A stretch of 64,000 nucleotides of DNA from the sequence record MT446422.1. One strand, written 5' to 3'. The DNA comes from Escherichia virus TH57. Within the stretch, counting starts at the first letter, position 1. Each line of letters opens with the position of its first letter. The position numbers and the translations under genes are program-made. This document shows positions 44,286 through 53,775 of this stretch, one piece after another. The notes under the pieces were generated by a model. The model did not search any database, was not told the origin of the DNA, and saw only the letters and a program-made list of their open reading frames with translations.

Positions 44286-44966
44286 ATTGATGCTATTATT
44301 GACTTTGAAACTCTAGGAAACGGCTCGAAGGGAGCCGTTATTGACCTGGCTCTGATTACATTCGAATCTGACCCTGCTATTGTGGAATCATTCGAAACTC
44401 TGGTTAATCGCGGCAAACGTATTAAGTTCAGCCTCGAATACCAAAAAGGTAAGCGGTTGTTCGACACAACAACCATGGGTTGGTGGAAAAAACAATCACC
44501 AGAAGCTCGTGTTAACCTGACTCCTTCTGCGCATGATGTTGATACTCTGACCGGTATCCAACAGGCGATTGACTATCTGAATGGCAATGGAATTAACAAA
44601 TACGAAAGCCTTATGTGGTGCCGTGGAATGTCTTTTGACTTCCCGTTGTTTGTCGACCTTATCCGCGACCTACAGCGCAATGAGGGGATTCCTGAGCGTG
44701 AATTGAATACCTACGGTCTGGAGCCGGTTGTATTCTGGAATCAGCGAGATATCAGGACAGCCATCGAAGCCTTATCACTCGTCCGTAAGATGTGTGAAAC
44801 CCCATTACCGAAAGGGACTTTAGATGGATTTGTGGCGCACGATTCGGTACATGACTGCGCGAAAGATATTTTGATGTTGAAGTACGCCCAACGCTATGCT
44901 CTTGGTTTGGATGAAGTTCCTTCCGAAGAAGATGCAGACCCGTTATCTTTACCGAAAAAACGATAA
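44283..44966 (+). CDS. dexA: exonuclease A DexA
   Basis: 227 aa; DFET exonuclease motif; strong match to recalled T4 DexA. Confidence 0.9.
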   Translation: MIDAIIDFETLGNGSKGAVIDLALITFESDPAIVESFETLVNRGKRIKFSLEYQKGKRLFDTTTMGWWKKQSPEARVNLTPSAHDVDTLTGIQQAIDYLNGNGINKYESLMWCRGMSFDFPLFVDLIRDLQRNEGIPERELNTYGLEPVVFWNQRDIRTAIEALSLVRKMCETPLPKGTLDGFVAHDSVHDCAKDILMLKYAQRYALGLDEVPSEEDADPLSLPKKR

Positions 44967-44973
44967 AAAGTAG

Positions 44974-45033
44974 TGTACAAGGCCAATAGAAAGAGACATA
45001 ATCATCTCATCAACTACTGATGAGGATAACAAA
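44974..45033 (+). promoter_or_regulatory. early promoter cassette, CATCAACTACTGA leader type
   Basis: AAAAAGTAGTGTAC, CATAAT, CATCTCATCAACTACTGATGAGGA. Confidence 0.55.
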
Positions 45034-45291
45034 ATGATTACTTCTTTTGAAATTGGCCAACAATATGAAATGTCTGCTCTTCAAGCTGCTGAAGCAGGTC
45101 TGACTAAAGCGTTTGAATGTGCATTTGCAAATATTCGTGGTAAAATCTTTACTGTCAATAAAATTGCGGTATATGATAAAGAAACAGACATGAACAAAGG
45201 CATCTACCTGAACGTGTCAAATGCAAAAGGCCGTCGTGAAATTATGGTTGTACAACCTAATCAACTGGCGATGTTCAATAAGGTTGCATAA
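45034..45291 (+). CDS. hypothetical protein
   Basis: 85-aa ORF after promoter cassette. Confidence 0.5.
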   Translation: MITSFEIGQQYEMSALQAAEAGLTKAFECAFANIRGKIFTVNKIAVYDKETDMNKGIYLNVSNAKGRREIMVVQPNQLAMFNKVA

Positions 45292-46046
45292 TGAAACCAG
45301 AATTTATTGACTTTGATGTTGTAAGCACTTATGTGTGTCCAATTAAACCATTAAAACTTGAGAAACAAAATATGACTATTGAAATTAACAAAACTTATCA
45401 ACTGATTGAACCTATTATTCAAAACGCAGCTATGATTTCTGGGTATAATACTTTGACTGATGCTTTAGGTGAAGGTGAATTTGTTGTTGAAACTTTTGTA
45501 AAAAGTAACTGGTTTGATAAAGCATATATTTTGCATGCCCGTCGTCTGGATACTAATGAAGTGGAAAAAATTATGGTTTATGAAGCTGAGATTGAACTTT
45601 TCAAAGAAGTTGAAGAAACTCCTATCAAAGTTGGTAAAACATATCAGCTTATTGAAGATGGTAGTCAGTTTGATAATGCTATCGCACTGCATGCAGGCTG
45701 GCGTGTGCTGAAAGGTATTTTTGGCTTTGCTCCATTTACCGTTGAAACAGTTAAGTACCACAATCACTTAAATATCTTTGAATTTACTGCAATTAATGAA
45801 TCAGGTGACAATCTTGAAGCTATCCTTTATCCGCGTGAATCTGTACTGTTGGAAGAAGTTAACGAACTGGGTGACCCTATTGACTTGTTATGTAAACCAG
45901 TTCAAATCAAACGCCCATTTAACAGTTCCATTTGTGGTTGGGTAACAGACCAGTGGATTGAAGATGGGGTTGAACTCCTGAACGTCGTCCATGCTGGTGA
46001 ATTTACTGTTGTCCCACGTTCCATGGTTGTTCAAATTTTTAATTAA
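45291..46046 (+). CDS. MotB-like paralog with internal duplication
   Basis: 251 aa; two KTYQLIE-containing segments; C-terminal region similar to the next ORF. Confidence 0.5.
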   Translation: MKPEFIDFDVVSTYVCPIKPLKLEKQNMTIEINKTYQLIEPIIQNAAMISGYNTLTDALGEGEFVVETFVKSNWFDKAYILHARRLDTNEVEKIMVYEAEIELFKEVEETPIKVGKTYQLIEDGSQFDNAIALHAGWRVLKGIFGFAPFTVETVKYHNHLNIFEFTAINESGDNLEAILYPRESVLLEEVNELGDPIDLLCKPVQIKRPFNSSICGWVTDQWIEDGVELLNVVHAGEFTVVPRSMVVQIFN

Positions 46047-46052
46047 GTTTAG

Positions 46053-46123
46053 TGTACAAACTCTTGGGGTCGGAGTATAATGACCCCACTGGAGAATAAA
46101 CTTATTAACCAAGAGAGAAAATT
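46053..46123 (+). promoter_or_regulatory. early promoter cassette with inverted repeat around -10
   Basis: GTGTAC; GGGGTC-GGAGTATAAT-GACCCC; CACTGGAGAATAAA leader. Confidence 0.55.
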
Positions 46124-46615
46124 ATGAAAGTTGAAGCTGGTGATATTGTACGTGTTTCTAAAGAATCTCGTTCCAAAGCTGCTGGTCGTTTTGTTGAGGT
46201 TGTGGGTCTTCGCACTAATTTAGCAGGTGGAATTAAAGAAGTTAAAGTGCGCATCATTCCTAAAAATGGTCAGACTGAAACTCAATTGGCTTATGTGCAT
46301 CCTAAATTCCTGGAATCAACCGAATTTACTGGGTACATCGCTCCTGTGGCCGAAGAAGTTGAAACTATTGACCAGTCTCATGTTGGGGTTGATTTTAAAT
46401 GGAAATTGGGCAAAGGTGTCTTTTTTGTTTCACCTAAACCGTTTGAATATAATTGTCAGTATGGTCCGACTTATGAAACCACTAGCATGTCTGGTTATAT
46501 CACAGACCAATGGGTTGAAGAAGGTGTCAAACTGTATAATATCGTGTTCCTTGGAACCTTTAAGGTTGTTCCTGAGAGCTTTATTGTCGAGTATGCTGAT
46601 ATTCATTTTGCCTAA
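46124..46615 (+). CDS. motB: MotB-like protein (positional)
   Basis: 163 aa; position between dexA and 39; size as T4 MotB. Confidence 0.5.
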   Translation: MKVEAGDIVRVSKESRSKAAGRFVEVVGLRTNLAGGIKEVKVRIIPKNGQTETQLAYVHPKFLESTEFTGYIAPVAEEVETIDQSHVGVDFKWKLGKGVFFVSPKPFEYNCQYGPTYETTSMSGYITDQWVEEGVKLYNIVFLGTFKVVPESFIVEYADIHFA

Positions 46616-46662
46616 ATTATAAAAATGATAGGGTAATTTGCCCTATCAATGAGGAGAATATT

Positions 46663-46887
46663 ATGTTTAATGAAGATTGTGTGACCACTTCCCTGACTGC
46701 TGAAGAGTTTTGGGATACTGCTGAAAGTGATAAAGTGATTGTGAAGAAAAACATCAATGAATTTCTTTGCACCACTGATATCATTTATGTGTATGCAGAC
46801 AAAGACGCAGAACTACCTAGCTATGCGTTGTTCCGTGAAGAATCAGAAGATGGTACAGATTTTTGGAAGGAGATTTATAATGTCTAA
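46663..46887 (+). CDS. hypothetical acidic protein
   Basis: 74-aa ORF with GAGGAGAA SD. Confidence 0.5.
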   Translation: MFNEDCVTTSLTAEEFWDTAESDKVIVKKNINEFLCTTDIIYVYADKDAELPSYALFREESEDGTDFWKEIYNV

Positions 46888-47239
46888 ATTTGAAACTGAT
46901 AAGTGGTATTATTTTAAAGATAATGTTGCTGAAAGCAGATTCCGTTTGTTATGCACAGATAATGATAATATAGCCAATGCTATAATCAATGGCGAGGGAT
47001 TTAGACCAGTCAGAATTGAAGATGGTGATGTGTGTAAAATGGAATTATCAACTGGTGAATTTGTGAGCCTATTCATAAAGGAAGATGAATTCCGTTTCTT
47101 TGAAGAAGAAAAAGATGACGGCGATGAAGAAACTGAAGCTCCAGAAATCACTGCATTCCCATTGACTAAAATCACCATTAGTAATAATGAAGAAGCCTGG
47201 TCAGTTTTCCAGATGTTGAAAGCACACTTTAAGGAATAA
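46880..47239 (+). CDS. hypothetical acidic protein
   Basis: 119 aa from in-frame ATG with GGAAGGAG SD. Confidence 0.5.
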   Translation: MSKFETDKWYYFKDNVAESRFRLLCTDNDNIANAIINGEGFRPVRIEDGDVCKMELSTGEFVSLFIKEDEFRFFEEEKDDGDEETEAPEITAFPLTKITISNNEEAWSVFQMLKAHFKE

Positions 47240-47246
47240 TTTAGAG

Positions 47247-47420
47247 ATGCCACTTTATGATTACAAATGCCAATCTGAAGACTGCGCAAAAGAATACGAA
47301 AAAATCAAGAAAATCTCTGAAAGAGATAATGATGTTTGTCCTGATTGTCATCGGCTGGCTGTTCGGCTAGTCTCGGCCCCCAAACATGTTAATGGTGGGG
47401 TTTACGACCTGCTTAAATGA
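47247..47420 (+). CDS. FmdB-family zinc-ribbon protein
   Basis: 57 aa; MPLYDYKC..C ... CPDC fits the FmdB pattern; not in track. Confidence 0.5.
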   Translation: MPLYDYKCQSEDCAKEYEKIKKISERDNDVCPDCHRLAVRLVSAPKHVNGGVYDLLK

Positions 47421-47426
47421 GGAAAT

Positions 47427-47687
47427 ATGAAATATATTAATCGTTCTATTGCCGCGCTGGTTTTGGCAGTTTCATTGACTGGTTGTACTGATGCAGATAA
47501 TGCTGTTCGCGTATTAGATGCAAACGGCTATGAGCAAATCCAAATCACCGGATATAACTGGTTTGGATGCTCTAAAGATGATTTCCAGCATACTGGTTTT
47601 ACAGCAGTGGGTTCAACTGGTAAGAAAGTTGAAGGAACTGTTTGTTCTGGATTGTTGTTCAAGAATTCAACCATCCGATTTGAATAA
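47427..47687 (+). CDS. hypothetical lipoprotein
   Basis: 86 aa; signal peptide plus lipobox LTGC. Confidence 0.55.
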   Translation: MKYINRSIAALVLAVSLTGCTDADNAVRVLDANGYEQIQITGYNWFGCSKDDFQHTGFTAVGSTGKKVEGTVCSGLLFKNSTIRFE

Positions 47688-47705
47688 GGCCTTCGGGCCT
47701 TTTTG
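47686..47705 (+). terminator. rho-independent terminator
   Basis: AGGCC-TTCG-GGCCT followed by TTTT. Confidence 0.7.
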
Positions 47706-47728
47706 CTTTAAAATATGTGACTTATAAT
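47702..47728 (+). promoter_or_regulatory. middle-type promoter upstream of gene 39
   Basis: TTTGCTTTA MotA-box-like element, 12 bp, TATAAT. Confidence 0.5.
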
Positions 47729-47750
47729 ACCTCCATACACAAGAGGAAAG

Positions 47751-49583
47751 ATGATGATTAATAATGAAATTAAAGTACTCTCGGACGTCGAGCATATCAA
47801 AAAACGTTCCGGGATGTATATTGGTTCCAGTTCAAATGAAGCGCATGAGCGATTCTTGTTTGGTGAATATAAGTCCGTAAGCTATGTTCCTGGTATTGTA
47901 AAACTGATTGATGAAATTATTGATAACTCTGTTGATGAAGCAATTCGCACCAGTTTTAAATTTGCCAATAAAATTGATGTCCAAATTAAAGATAATCAGA
48001 TTTCGGTTTCTGATAATGGCCGTGGTATTCCACAGGCAATGGTTACAGACCAAAACGGTGAACAAATCCCTGGCCCTGTTGCAGCATGGACTATTCCAAA
48101 AGCAGGTGGCAACTTCGGCGATGATGCTGAACGTAAAACTGGCGGGATGAATGGCGTCGGGTCTTCTCTGACCAATATTTTCTCCGTATTGTTCACCGGG
48201 ATTACCGCTGATGGGGCGAACGAAATTACTGTTAACTGCTCCAACGGTATGGAAAACAAATGTTGGTCGACTAAGAAATCAAAGGGTAAAGGTACGACTG
48301 TTATATTTATTCCAGATTTTAGTCACTTTGAAGAAAATAGTCTGTCCCAGATTTATCTGGATATTACATTGGACCGTCTGCAGACTCTTGCTGTTGTTTA
48401 TCCGGATATTCAGTTCACCTTTAATGGTAAAAAGGTTGATGGCAACTTCAAGAAGTTCTCCAAGCAATTCGGAACCGAAGTTGTTATTCAGGAAACTGAT
48501 ACAGTATCGATGGCCTTTACGACCAGCCCAGACGGTTTCCGTCAGTTGACTTATGTCAACAACATTCATACAAAGAATGGCGGACACCACGTTGAATGTG
48601 TTATGGATGATATCTGTGAACACCTTCAGCCGGCGATTAAGCGCAAATATAAAGGCATTGAGGTGACCAAGGCACGAGTTAAAGAATGTCTCACCATGCT
48701 TATGTTCATCCGCGATATGAGCAACATGCGATTTGATTCCCAAACCAAGGAGCGATTGACTTCTCCGGCTGGTGAAATCCGAAATCACATTAAGATTGAT
48801 GCTAAGAAAATCGCGCAAGCTATTCTGAAAAATGAACCGCTGATTATGCCGATTGTTGAAGCTGCATTAGCCCGTAAATTGGCTGCAGAGAAAGCAGCAG
48901 AGACTAAGGCAAATAAGAAAGCTTCAAAGGCCAAGGTACAAAAGCATATCAAGGCCAACGAATGGGGCAATGATAAGTTGGAAACGACTCTATTCCTGAC
49001 CGAAGGGGATTCTGCAACTGGCCCATTTATCAAGGTTCGCGACCGTGAATTGCAGGGTGCTTATCCATTACGGGGCAAGTTTAAAAACACATGGGGCCTG
49101 AAAGCTATTGACGTTATGAAGAACGCTGAAGCCTTTGATGTGTGTGCAATTACTGGATTAACGATTGGACAACCGGCCGAGAATATGAATTACCGAAACA
49201 TTGCTATCATGACAGATGCGGATGTGGATGGTGTCGGTAGTATCTATCCATCGTTATTGGCGTTTTTCAGTAACTGGCCAGAGCTGTTCCATGAAGGACG
49301 AATTCGCTTTGTGAAAACTCCTGTTATTATTGCGCAGCTCAAAGATAAACAAGAATGGTTCTATTCTCTTCCTGACTATGAAGAAGCTAAGGATAAACTT
49401 CCGAAGCACACCATCCGATACATCAAGGGACTTGGTTCTCTGGAAGATGCCGAGTACAAACGCGTATTGCTCGAACCGGTATTCGAAGTTGTTCAATTGC
49501 CTGACAACTGGAAAGAACTGTTTGAAATGTTATTCGGTAAAGATTCCCAGCAGCGCAAAGATTGGATGAATGCGACGCTATAA
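47751..49583 (+). CDS. 39: DNA topoisomerase II large subunit gp39 (ATPase), unsplit
   Basis: 610 aa continuous ORF covering the region that T4 splits into genes 39 and 60. Confidence 0.92.
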   Translation: MMINNEIKVLSDVEHIKKRSGMYIGSSSNEAHERFLFGEYKSVSYVPGIVKLIDEIIDNSVDEAIRTSFKFANKIDVQIKDNQISVSDNGRGIPQAMVTDQNGEQIPGPVAAWTIPKAGGNFGDDAERKTGGMNGVGSSLTNIFSVLFTGITADGANEITVNCSNGMENKCWSTKKSKGKGTTVIFIPDFSHFEENSLSQIYLDITLDRLQTLAVVYPDIQFTFNGKKVDGNFKKFSKQFGTEVVIQETDTVSMAFTTSPDGFRQLTYVNNIHTKNGGHHVECVMDDICEHLQPAIKRKYKGIEVTKARVKECLTMLMFIRDMSNMRFDSQTKERLTSPAGEIRNHIKIDAKKIAQAILKNEPLIMPIVEAALARKLAAEKAAETKANKKASKAKVQKHIKANEWGNDKLETTLFLTEGDSATGPFIKVRDRELQGAYPLRGKFKNTWGLKAIDVMKNAEAFDVCAITGLTIGQPAENMNYRNIAIMTDADVDGVGSIYPSLLAFFSNWPELFHEGRIRFVKTPVIIAQLKDKQEWFYSLPDYEEAKDKLPKHTIRYIKGLGSLEDAEYKRVLLEPVFEVVQLPDNWKELFEMLFGKDSQQRKDWMNATL

Positions 49584-49586
49584 ATA
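49579..49586 (+). promoter_or_regulatory. late promoter TATAAATA overlapping the gene 39 stop
   Basis: exact TATAAATA. Confidence 0.45.
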
Positions 49587-49591
49587 GATGT

Positions 49592-49607
49592 GGGAGAATA
49601 TTCTCCC
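49592..49607 (+). repeat. perfect 16-bp palindrome
   Basis: GGGAGAATATTCTCCC between the late promoter and the next ATG. Confidence 0.9.
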
Positions 49608-49623
49608 GCTACTAGGAGACAAT

Positions 49624-49776
49624 ATGACTAAATACTGGATTACACTCGCTACCGGTGAATATGGTTTTCTCTGGGCAGAGAAAAAGCCTTTGTTTGCAGA
49701 ATTTGTAACAATCACGTGCGAAACCTGGGAAGGTGAAACTTTCATGGCGTATGGTCAAGTCTATAAAGTAGAATAA
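49624..49776 (+). CDS. hypothetical small protein
   Basis: 50 aa from ATG with AGGAGA SD; followed by terminator. Confidence 0.4.
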   Translation: MTKYWITLATGEYGFLWAEKKPLFAEFVTITCETWEGETFMAYGQVYKVE

Positions 49777-49780
49777 AATT

Positions 49781-49806
49781 TGGTCTCCTTCGGGAGACCT
49801 TTTTAT
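49781..49806 (+). terminator. rho-independent terminator
   Basis: GGTCTCC-TTCG-GGAGACC followed by TTTTT. Confidence 0.75.
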
Positions 49807-49854
49807 TATGTACAAGCCACAAAAATTGTGTTAAGATGTCTTTGAGGTGAAAAT

Positions 49855-50139
49855 ATGATTATGTCTGACGGAAGTTTAGTTAATCTGCAAAATGTTGCAC
49901 GGTGTATTATGGAAGCAGGTCTAAGGAAGGTGCAGGGGCTCCCAGATAACGACAGGAAGCGAAGTTACTTGTTAGCTGTAAGAACAACAGCCATGAGCAT
50001 TAAGGCTGGCCAGAAGGTCCCTGAGGAGCGAATTGAAGCACTCCTTGCATTGATATACCATGACCAAGAACATAAAGCTACCATGCGTAGTATGAGAAAA
50101 ATATTACAGGAGATTGGAAATGACGAACTTCAAAGTTAA
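49855..50139 (+). CDS. hypothetical protein
   Basis: 94-aa ORF. Confidence 0.5.
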   Translation: MIMSDGSLVNLQNVARCIMEAGLRKVQGLPDNDRKRSYLLAVRTTAMSIKAGQKVPEERIEALLALIYHDQEHKATMRSMRKILQEIGNDELQS

Positions 50140-50323
50140 TATGGAACTGTTTGATAAGGCTATCCATAAAGAGTACCGTGTTATCCAACGATTTTTTGAT
50201 ATAAGAGAAGCTGAAGAGTTTAAAGAACGCTTCAAAGAAATCCGTATTAAAATAGCTTCTGACGCCGCAACAAAGGATGAACTTCTTGAAGTTGCAGAAT
50301 TAATCAAACGTAACATAAAGTGA
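50114..50323 (+). CDS. hypothetical protein (rIIA.1 position)
   Basis: 69-aa ORF; start uncertain. Confidence 0.45.
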   Translation: MEMTNFKVNMELFDKAIHKEYRVIQRFFDIREAEEFKERFKEIRIKIASDAATKDELLEVAELIKRNIK

Positions 50324-50330
50324 GAAAAAC

Positions 50331-52565
50331 ATGATTTTAGAAACTGAAAAGGAAACAATCCTTGGTAATGGTGCCAAGGCATCAGCATTCACAATCCAGG
50401 CATCTCCAAAGGTGTTTAAGATTCTGACCAGCGACCTTTATACAAACAAGGTGCGCGCGGTTGTTCGTGAGCTGATTACCAATATGATTGATGCTCATAT
50501 GCTCAATGGTTGTCAGGATAAATTCATTGTGCAAGCTCCTGGTGAACTGGACCCACGTTTTGTATGTCGTGACTTTGGTCCGGGTATGAGTGATTTCCAG
50601 ATTCGTGGTGATGAAAATACTCCAGGTCTGTATAACAGTTTCTTTGCATCATCCAAGGCTGAATCCAACGATTTTATTGGTGGCTTTGGCCTGGGTTCTA
50701 AATCTCCGTTCAGTTATACCGAGACGTTTAGCCTGATTTCATATCATGATGGTCAAGTTAACGGTTATGTCGCTTATATGGATGGCGATGGCCCACAGAT
50801 TAAGCCAACCTTTAGCGAACCAATGAAACCTGGTGACCGCACAGGGATTGAAGTTGTTGTCCCGGTTGATAGTAATGATTTTGGTAAGTTCCGCTACGAG
50901 ATTGCGTATATCATGCGTCCATTTGCTGGACTGGCTGAAGTGCAAGGCGTAGGCGAAATTAATTACTTCCCAGAATTTGATGATTATTATGCTCCAGCGC
51001 GTATTGATTATAGCAGCCCAGAACGTTATGGACTTTATGCAATTTACGGCGGTATTGTTTATCCGATTGGTGACGGTTATACAAAGAAAACCTGGATGAC
51101 TGCCAAAAATGATGTTGTCTTTATTAAGTTCCCGATGGGTTCGTTGGATATTGCACCTTCTCGCGAAGCATTATCACTGGACAAACGTACGGTCGCAAAT
51201 ATCGTTGAACGTATTGAATCGCTTGATAAGAAGGTCATGGAAGATGATTGTAAGAAATGGCAGGAATCAGAATGTATCCGCCATACGTATCGCGAATTGC
51301 AGAGTCTGAGTTATGAAGCTCGTAATTTTCTGAAAGCTCGTAATGCTGAAACGAAATTTACAAAATCACAATTGACTTTTAACCAGATGTACGAAATGTT
51401 CGAGCTGGACAAAGACCTTATTAATGCCGGGGTTGTCTATGATATCTATAGCACCACCCGTCTGAAACGTCTGCGTAACTCAAGCTCGAACACGAATACT
51501 GCAAGCCTGACAAGCATGTTTGGTATTCATAATGATACCTTGAATATTGTTATTGACGATGCTAAAGGGCGAATTGCGATGATTCGTGGTATCAGTTCAA
51601 TGCTGTATGACACCAGCGCGAAAGCCAAAAAGCTCAAAGCATCTGGTAAAGTTCCGACTGTGCAGGGTAGTAGTCTATTGTTCGTTGACCCAACCAGCGA
51701 AATTCAAACACGTCTGATGGTTCAACTTCAAGAACGATTTAAAGGCGATACAGTTAATATCTATCGTACGTCTGAACTGACCGCCCTTGTAAAAGACTGG
51801 ATTCCGGTTGCGGACCCGAAAGAGCGTGTTAAGTCAAAGACTCCATCGGTGATTCGTTGGACTAAAACCAATGGTCGATGGCAGGCTGTTGAAGAATTTA
51901 CATGCGCTGCTGATGCAGAGGAAATCGATGGTTATGCTGTATTCATTAACCGTAGCAACATTTCCCCGTTGAATCAGGATTATGGCGTCACGAACTTCGG
52001 GACCCAGACATTGTGCAAACTGGCAAACCTGTTGGAAATCAATGAATTCTGTGTTATTCGTCCACAGCTTCAGAAAAAGGTTACCAAGCTGGCGCAGTGT
52101 GATTGTCTGATTGAAGCTGCAGTCAATCGTTATGTGGAATTGATTGATTCAGTTGATGCGGACCAGTACATTGCCGCTTCAAGCCGTTCGCGTTATTATA
52201 TTCCTATCCTGTCTGAATATGCAGAACTGAATTTTATGTTCAAGTATTTTTATGCAAAAGATGTTCAGAAAGATGTGAACACTGACTATGCCGAACTAAT
52301 GCAGTTCAATAAGTTCTTTGCTTATAACGCATATAACAGTGGAACAGTTGATAAGACCATGCAGGAAACTCTGGTCCTTTGTAATAAGATTTATGACGAC
52401 CTGACCAAAAACGCTTCGGTAACAAGCGATAAAATGGTTTTTGAATTTGAAAAGAATCACCCGATTGTTTCACACTTTTTATATAACCGTAACGCCATGT
52501 CAACTGAACAAGTACAGAACGTTGCTCAAATCATGAAGGCCGTGGAAGCGGCCAATAAGGAATAA
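50331..52565 (+). CDS. rIIA: rIIA protein
   Basis: 744 aa; N-terminal region matches recalled T4 rIIA. Confidence 0.93.
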   Translation: MILETEKETILGNGAKASAFTIQASPKVFKILTSDLYTNKVRAVVRELITNMIDAHMLNGCQDKFIVQAPGELDPRFVCRDFGPGMSDFQIRGDENTPGLYNSFFASSKAESNDFIGGFGLGSKSPFSYTETFSLISYHDGQVNGYVAYMDGDGPQIKPTFSEPMKPGDRTGIEVVVPVDSNDFGKFRYEIAYIMRPFAGLAEVQGVGEINYFPEFDDYYAPARIDYSSPERYGLYAIYGGIVYPIGDGYTKKTWMTAKNDVVFIKFPMGSLDIAPSREALSLDKRTVANIVERIESLDKKVMEDDCKKWQESECIRHTYRELQSLSYEARNFLKARNAETKFTKSQLTFNQMYEMFELDKDLINAGVVYDIYSTTRLKRLRNSSSNTNTASLTSMFGIHNDTLNIVIDDAKGRIAMIRGISSMLYDTSAKAKKLKASGKVPTVQGSSLLFVDPTSEIQTRLMVQLQERFKGDTVNIYRTSELTALVKDWIPVADPKERVKSKTPSVIRWTKTNGRWQAVEEFTCAADAEEIDGYAVFINRSNISPLNQDYGVTNFGTQTLCKLANLLEINEFCVIRPQLQKKVTKLAQCDCLIEAAVNRYVELIDSVDADQYIAASSRSRYYIPILSEYAELNFMFKYFYAKDVQKDVNTDYAELMQFNKFFAYNAYNSGTVDKTMQETLVLCNKIYDDLTKNASVTSDKMVFEFEKNHPIVSHFLYNRNAMSTEQVQNVAQIMKAVEAANKE

Positions 52566-52566
52566 T

Positions 52567-53541
52567 ATGTTTAATATTAAAGCTTTATCCAAATTTGACC
52601 AAAACCAGGTAGTTTCTCTTTATAAAACTGGTAATTATACCCAACAGGAACTAGCAGATAATTTCGGTGTATCGGTTGACACCATTCGCCGTGTTTTGAA
52701 AAATGATAAAGAATCAAAATTATCTAAAACCATTTCTGCATCACTGAAAGCAGCTGTTGGTGTGGCGATTAATGCTCCGGTGACAGTAACGGTTGAAGTC
52801 CCGGTTGTTGAAGATACAATCGGCGGGAGCCGCCCGGAAATCGTATGGAATGCATCAAGCAAATTCGTTTCCATCACCGAAGGTCGTACGGTCTGGAACG
52901 CAACAAAAGACCATAAACACTTTAATGATATTATTCAGGCATTGATTGAATCTCGTTTTGATGATGCTATCGAGTTTATCTCAATCAAAGCTGCAGTACA
53001 AAAATATGTGAAAGGCGATGTGCGTATTGAAGGTGGTAGTTTGTTCTATCAGGGAATTGAACTGCGCTCTGGCCTGGTTACTCGTATCATTGATTCAATG
53101 CAAAATGGCGAAGACTTTGAATTCTATCTGCCGTTCCTTGAGAATCTCCTTGAGAACCCGAGTGAGAAAGCTGTACAGCGTTTGTTTGACTTCCTGGTTG
53201 CAAACGATATCGAAATCACCGAAGATGGCCATTTCATCGCCTGGAAAATGGTTCGTTCAACCTACAAAGATTGCCACTCAAACACATTCGACAACAGCCC
53301 TGGCCAATATGTTAAAATGCCGCGCTCTCGTGTGAATGACAATGACGAACAGACCTGTTCAACTGGGCTGCACGTTTGTTCTAAAGGTTATATCGGAAGT
53401 GGCTTTGGTCATGGTGATGGGCGCATCGTATCCTGTAAAGTTCACCCGCGCGATGTTGTAAGCATCCCGGTGGATTATAATGATTCCAAAATGAGGGTAT
53501 GTGGTTATCTGGTCCTTGATGATGTAACTGAACAATTCTAA
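52567..53541 (+). CDS. rIIB: rIIB protein
   Basis: 324 aa immediately downstream of rIIA. Confidence 0.85.
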   Translation: MFNIKALSKFDQNQVVSLYKTGNYTQQELADNFGVSVDTIRRVLKNDKESKLSKTISASLKAAVGVAINAPVTVTVEVPVVEDTIGGSRPEIVWNASSKFVSITEGRTVWNATKDHKHFNDIIQALIESRFDDAIEFISIKAAVQKYVKGDVRIEGGSLFYQGIELRSGLVTRIIDSMQNGEDFEFYLPFLENLLENPSEKAVQRLFDFLVANDIEITEDGHFIAWKMVRSTYKDCHSNTFDNSPGQYVKMPRSRVNDNDEQTCSTGLHVCSKGYIGSGFGHGDGRIVSCKVHPRDVVSIPVDYNDSKMRVCGYLVLDDVTEQF

Positions 53542-53574
53542 ATGAATCGGGGCTTCGGCCCCTAATGAGGCTTT

Positions 53575-53772
53575 ATGTTAGGTTTCCAAGCACGTGTAGT
53601 TGAAGAATATGACCAGCTGGTTTTGAAAATCAATGCTCTTGAAGAATTTATTAAGGGCGGTGTTTTTGAAACTCTCGATGCTCGTCAACAAGGTCTTTTG
53701 ATTGCCCAGTTAGATGCAATGGGTGCTTATGCTCATGTACTGGCAATTCGTATCTCTTATTTTGGTGAATAA
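53575..53772 (+). CDS. hypothetical protein
   Basis: 65-aa ORF. Confidence 0.45.
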   Translation: MLGFQARVVEEYDQLVLKINALEEFIKGGVFETLDARQQGLLIAQLDAMGAYAHVLAIRISYFGE

Positions 53773-53775
53773 ATT

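Noticed and set aside
48279-48818. 179-aa minus-strand ORF inside gene 39
   Set aside because: Antisense to conserved topoisomerase gene; no translation signals.
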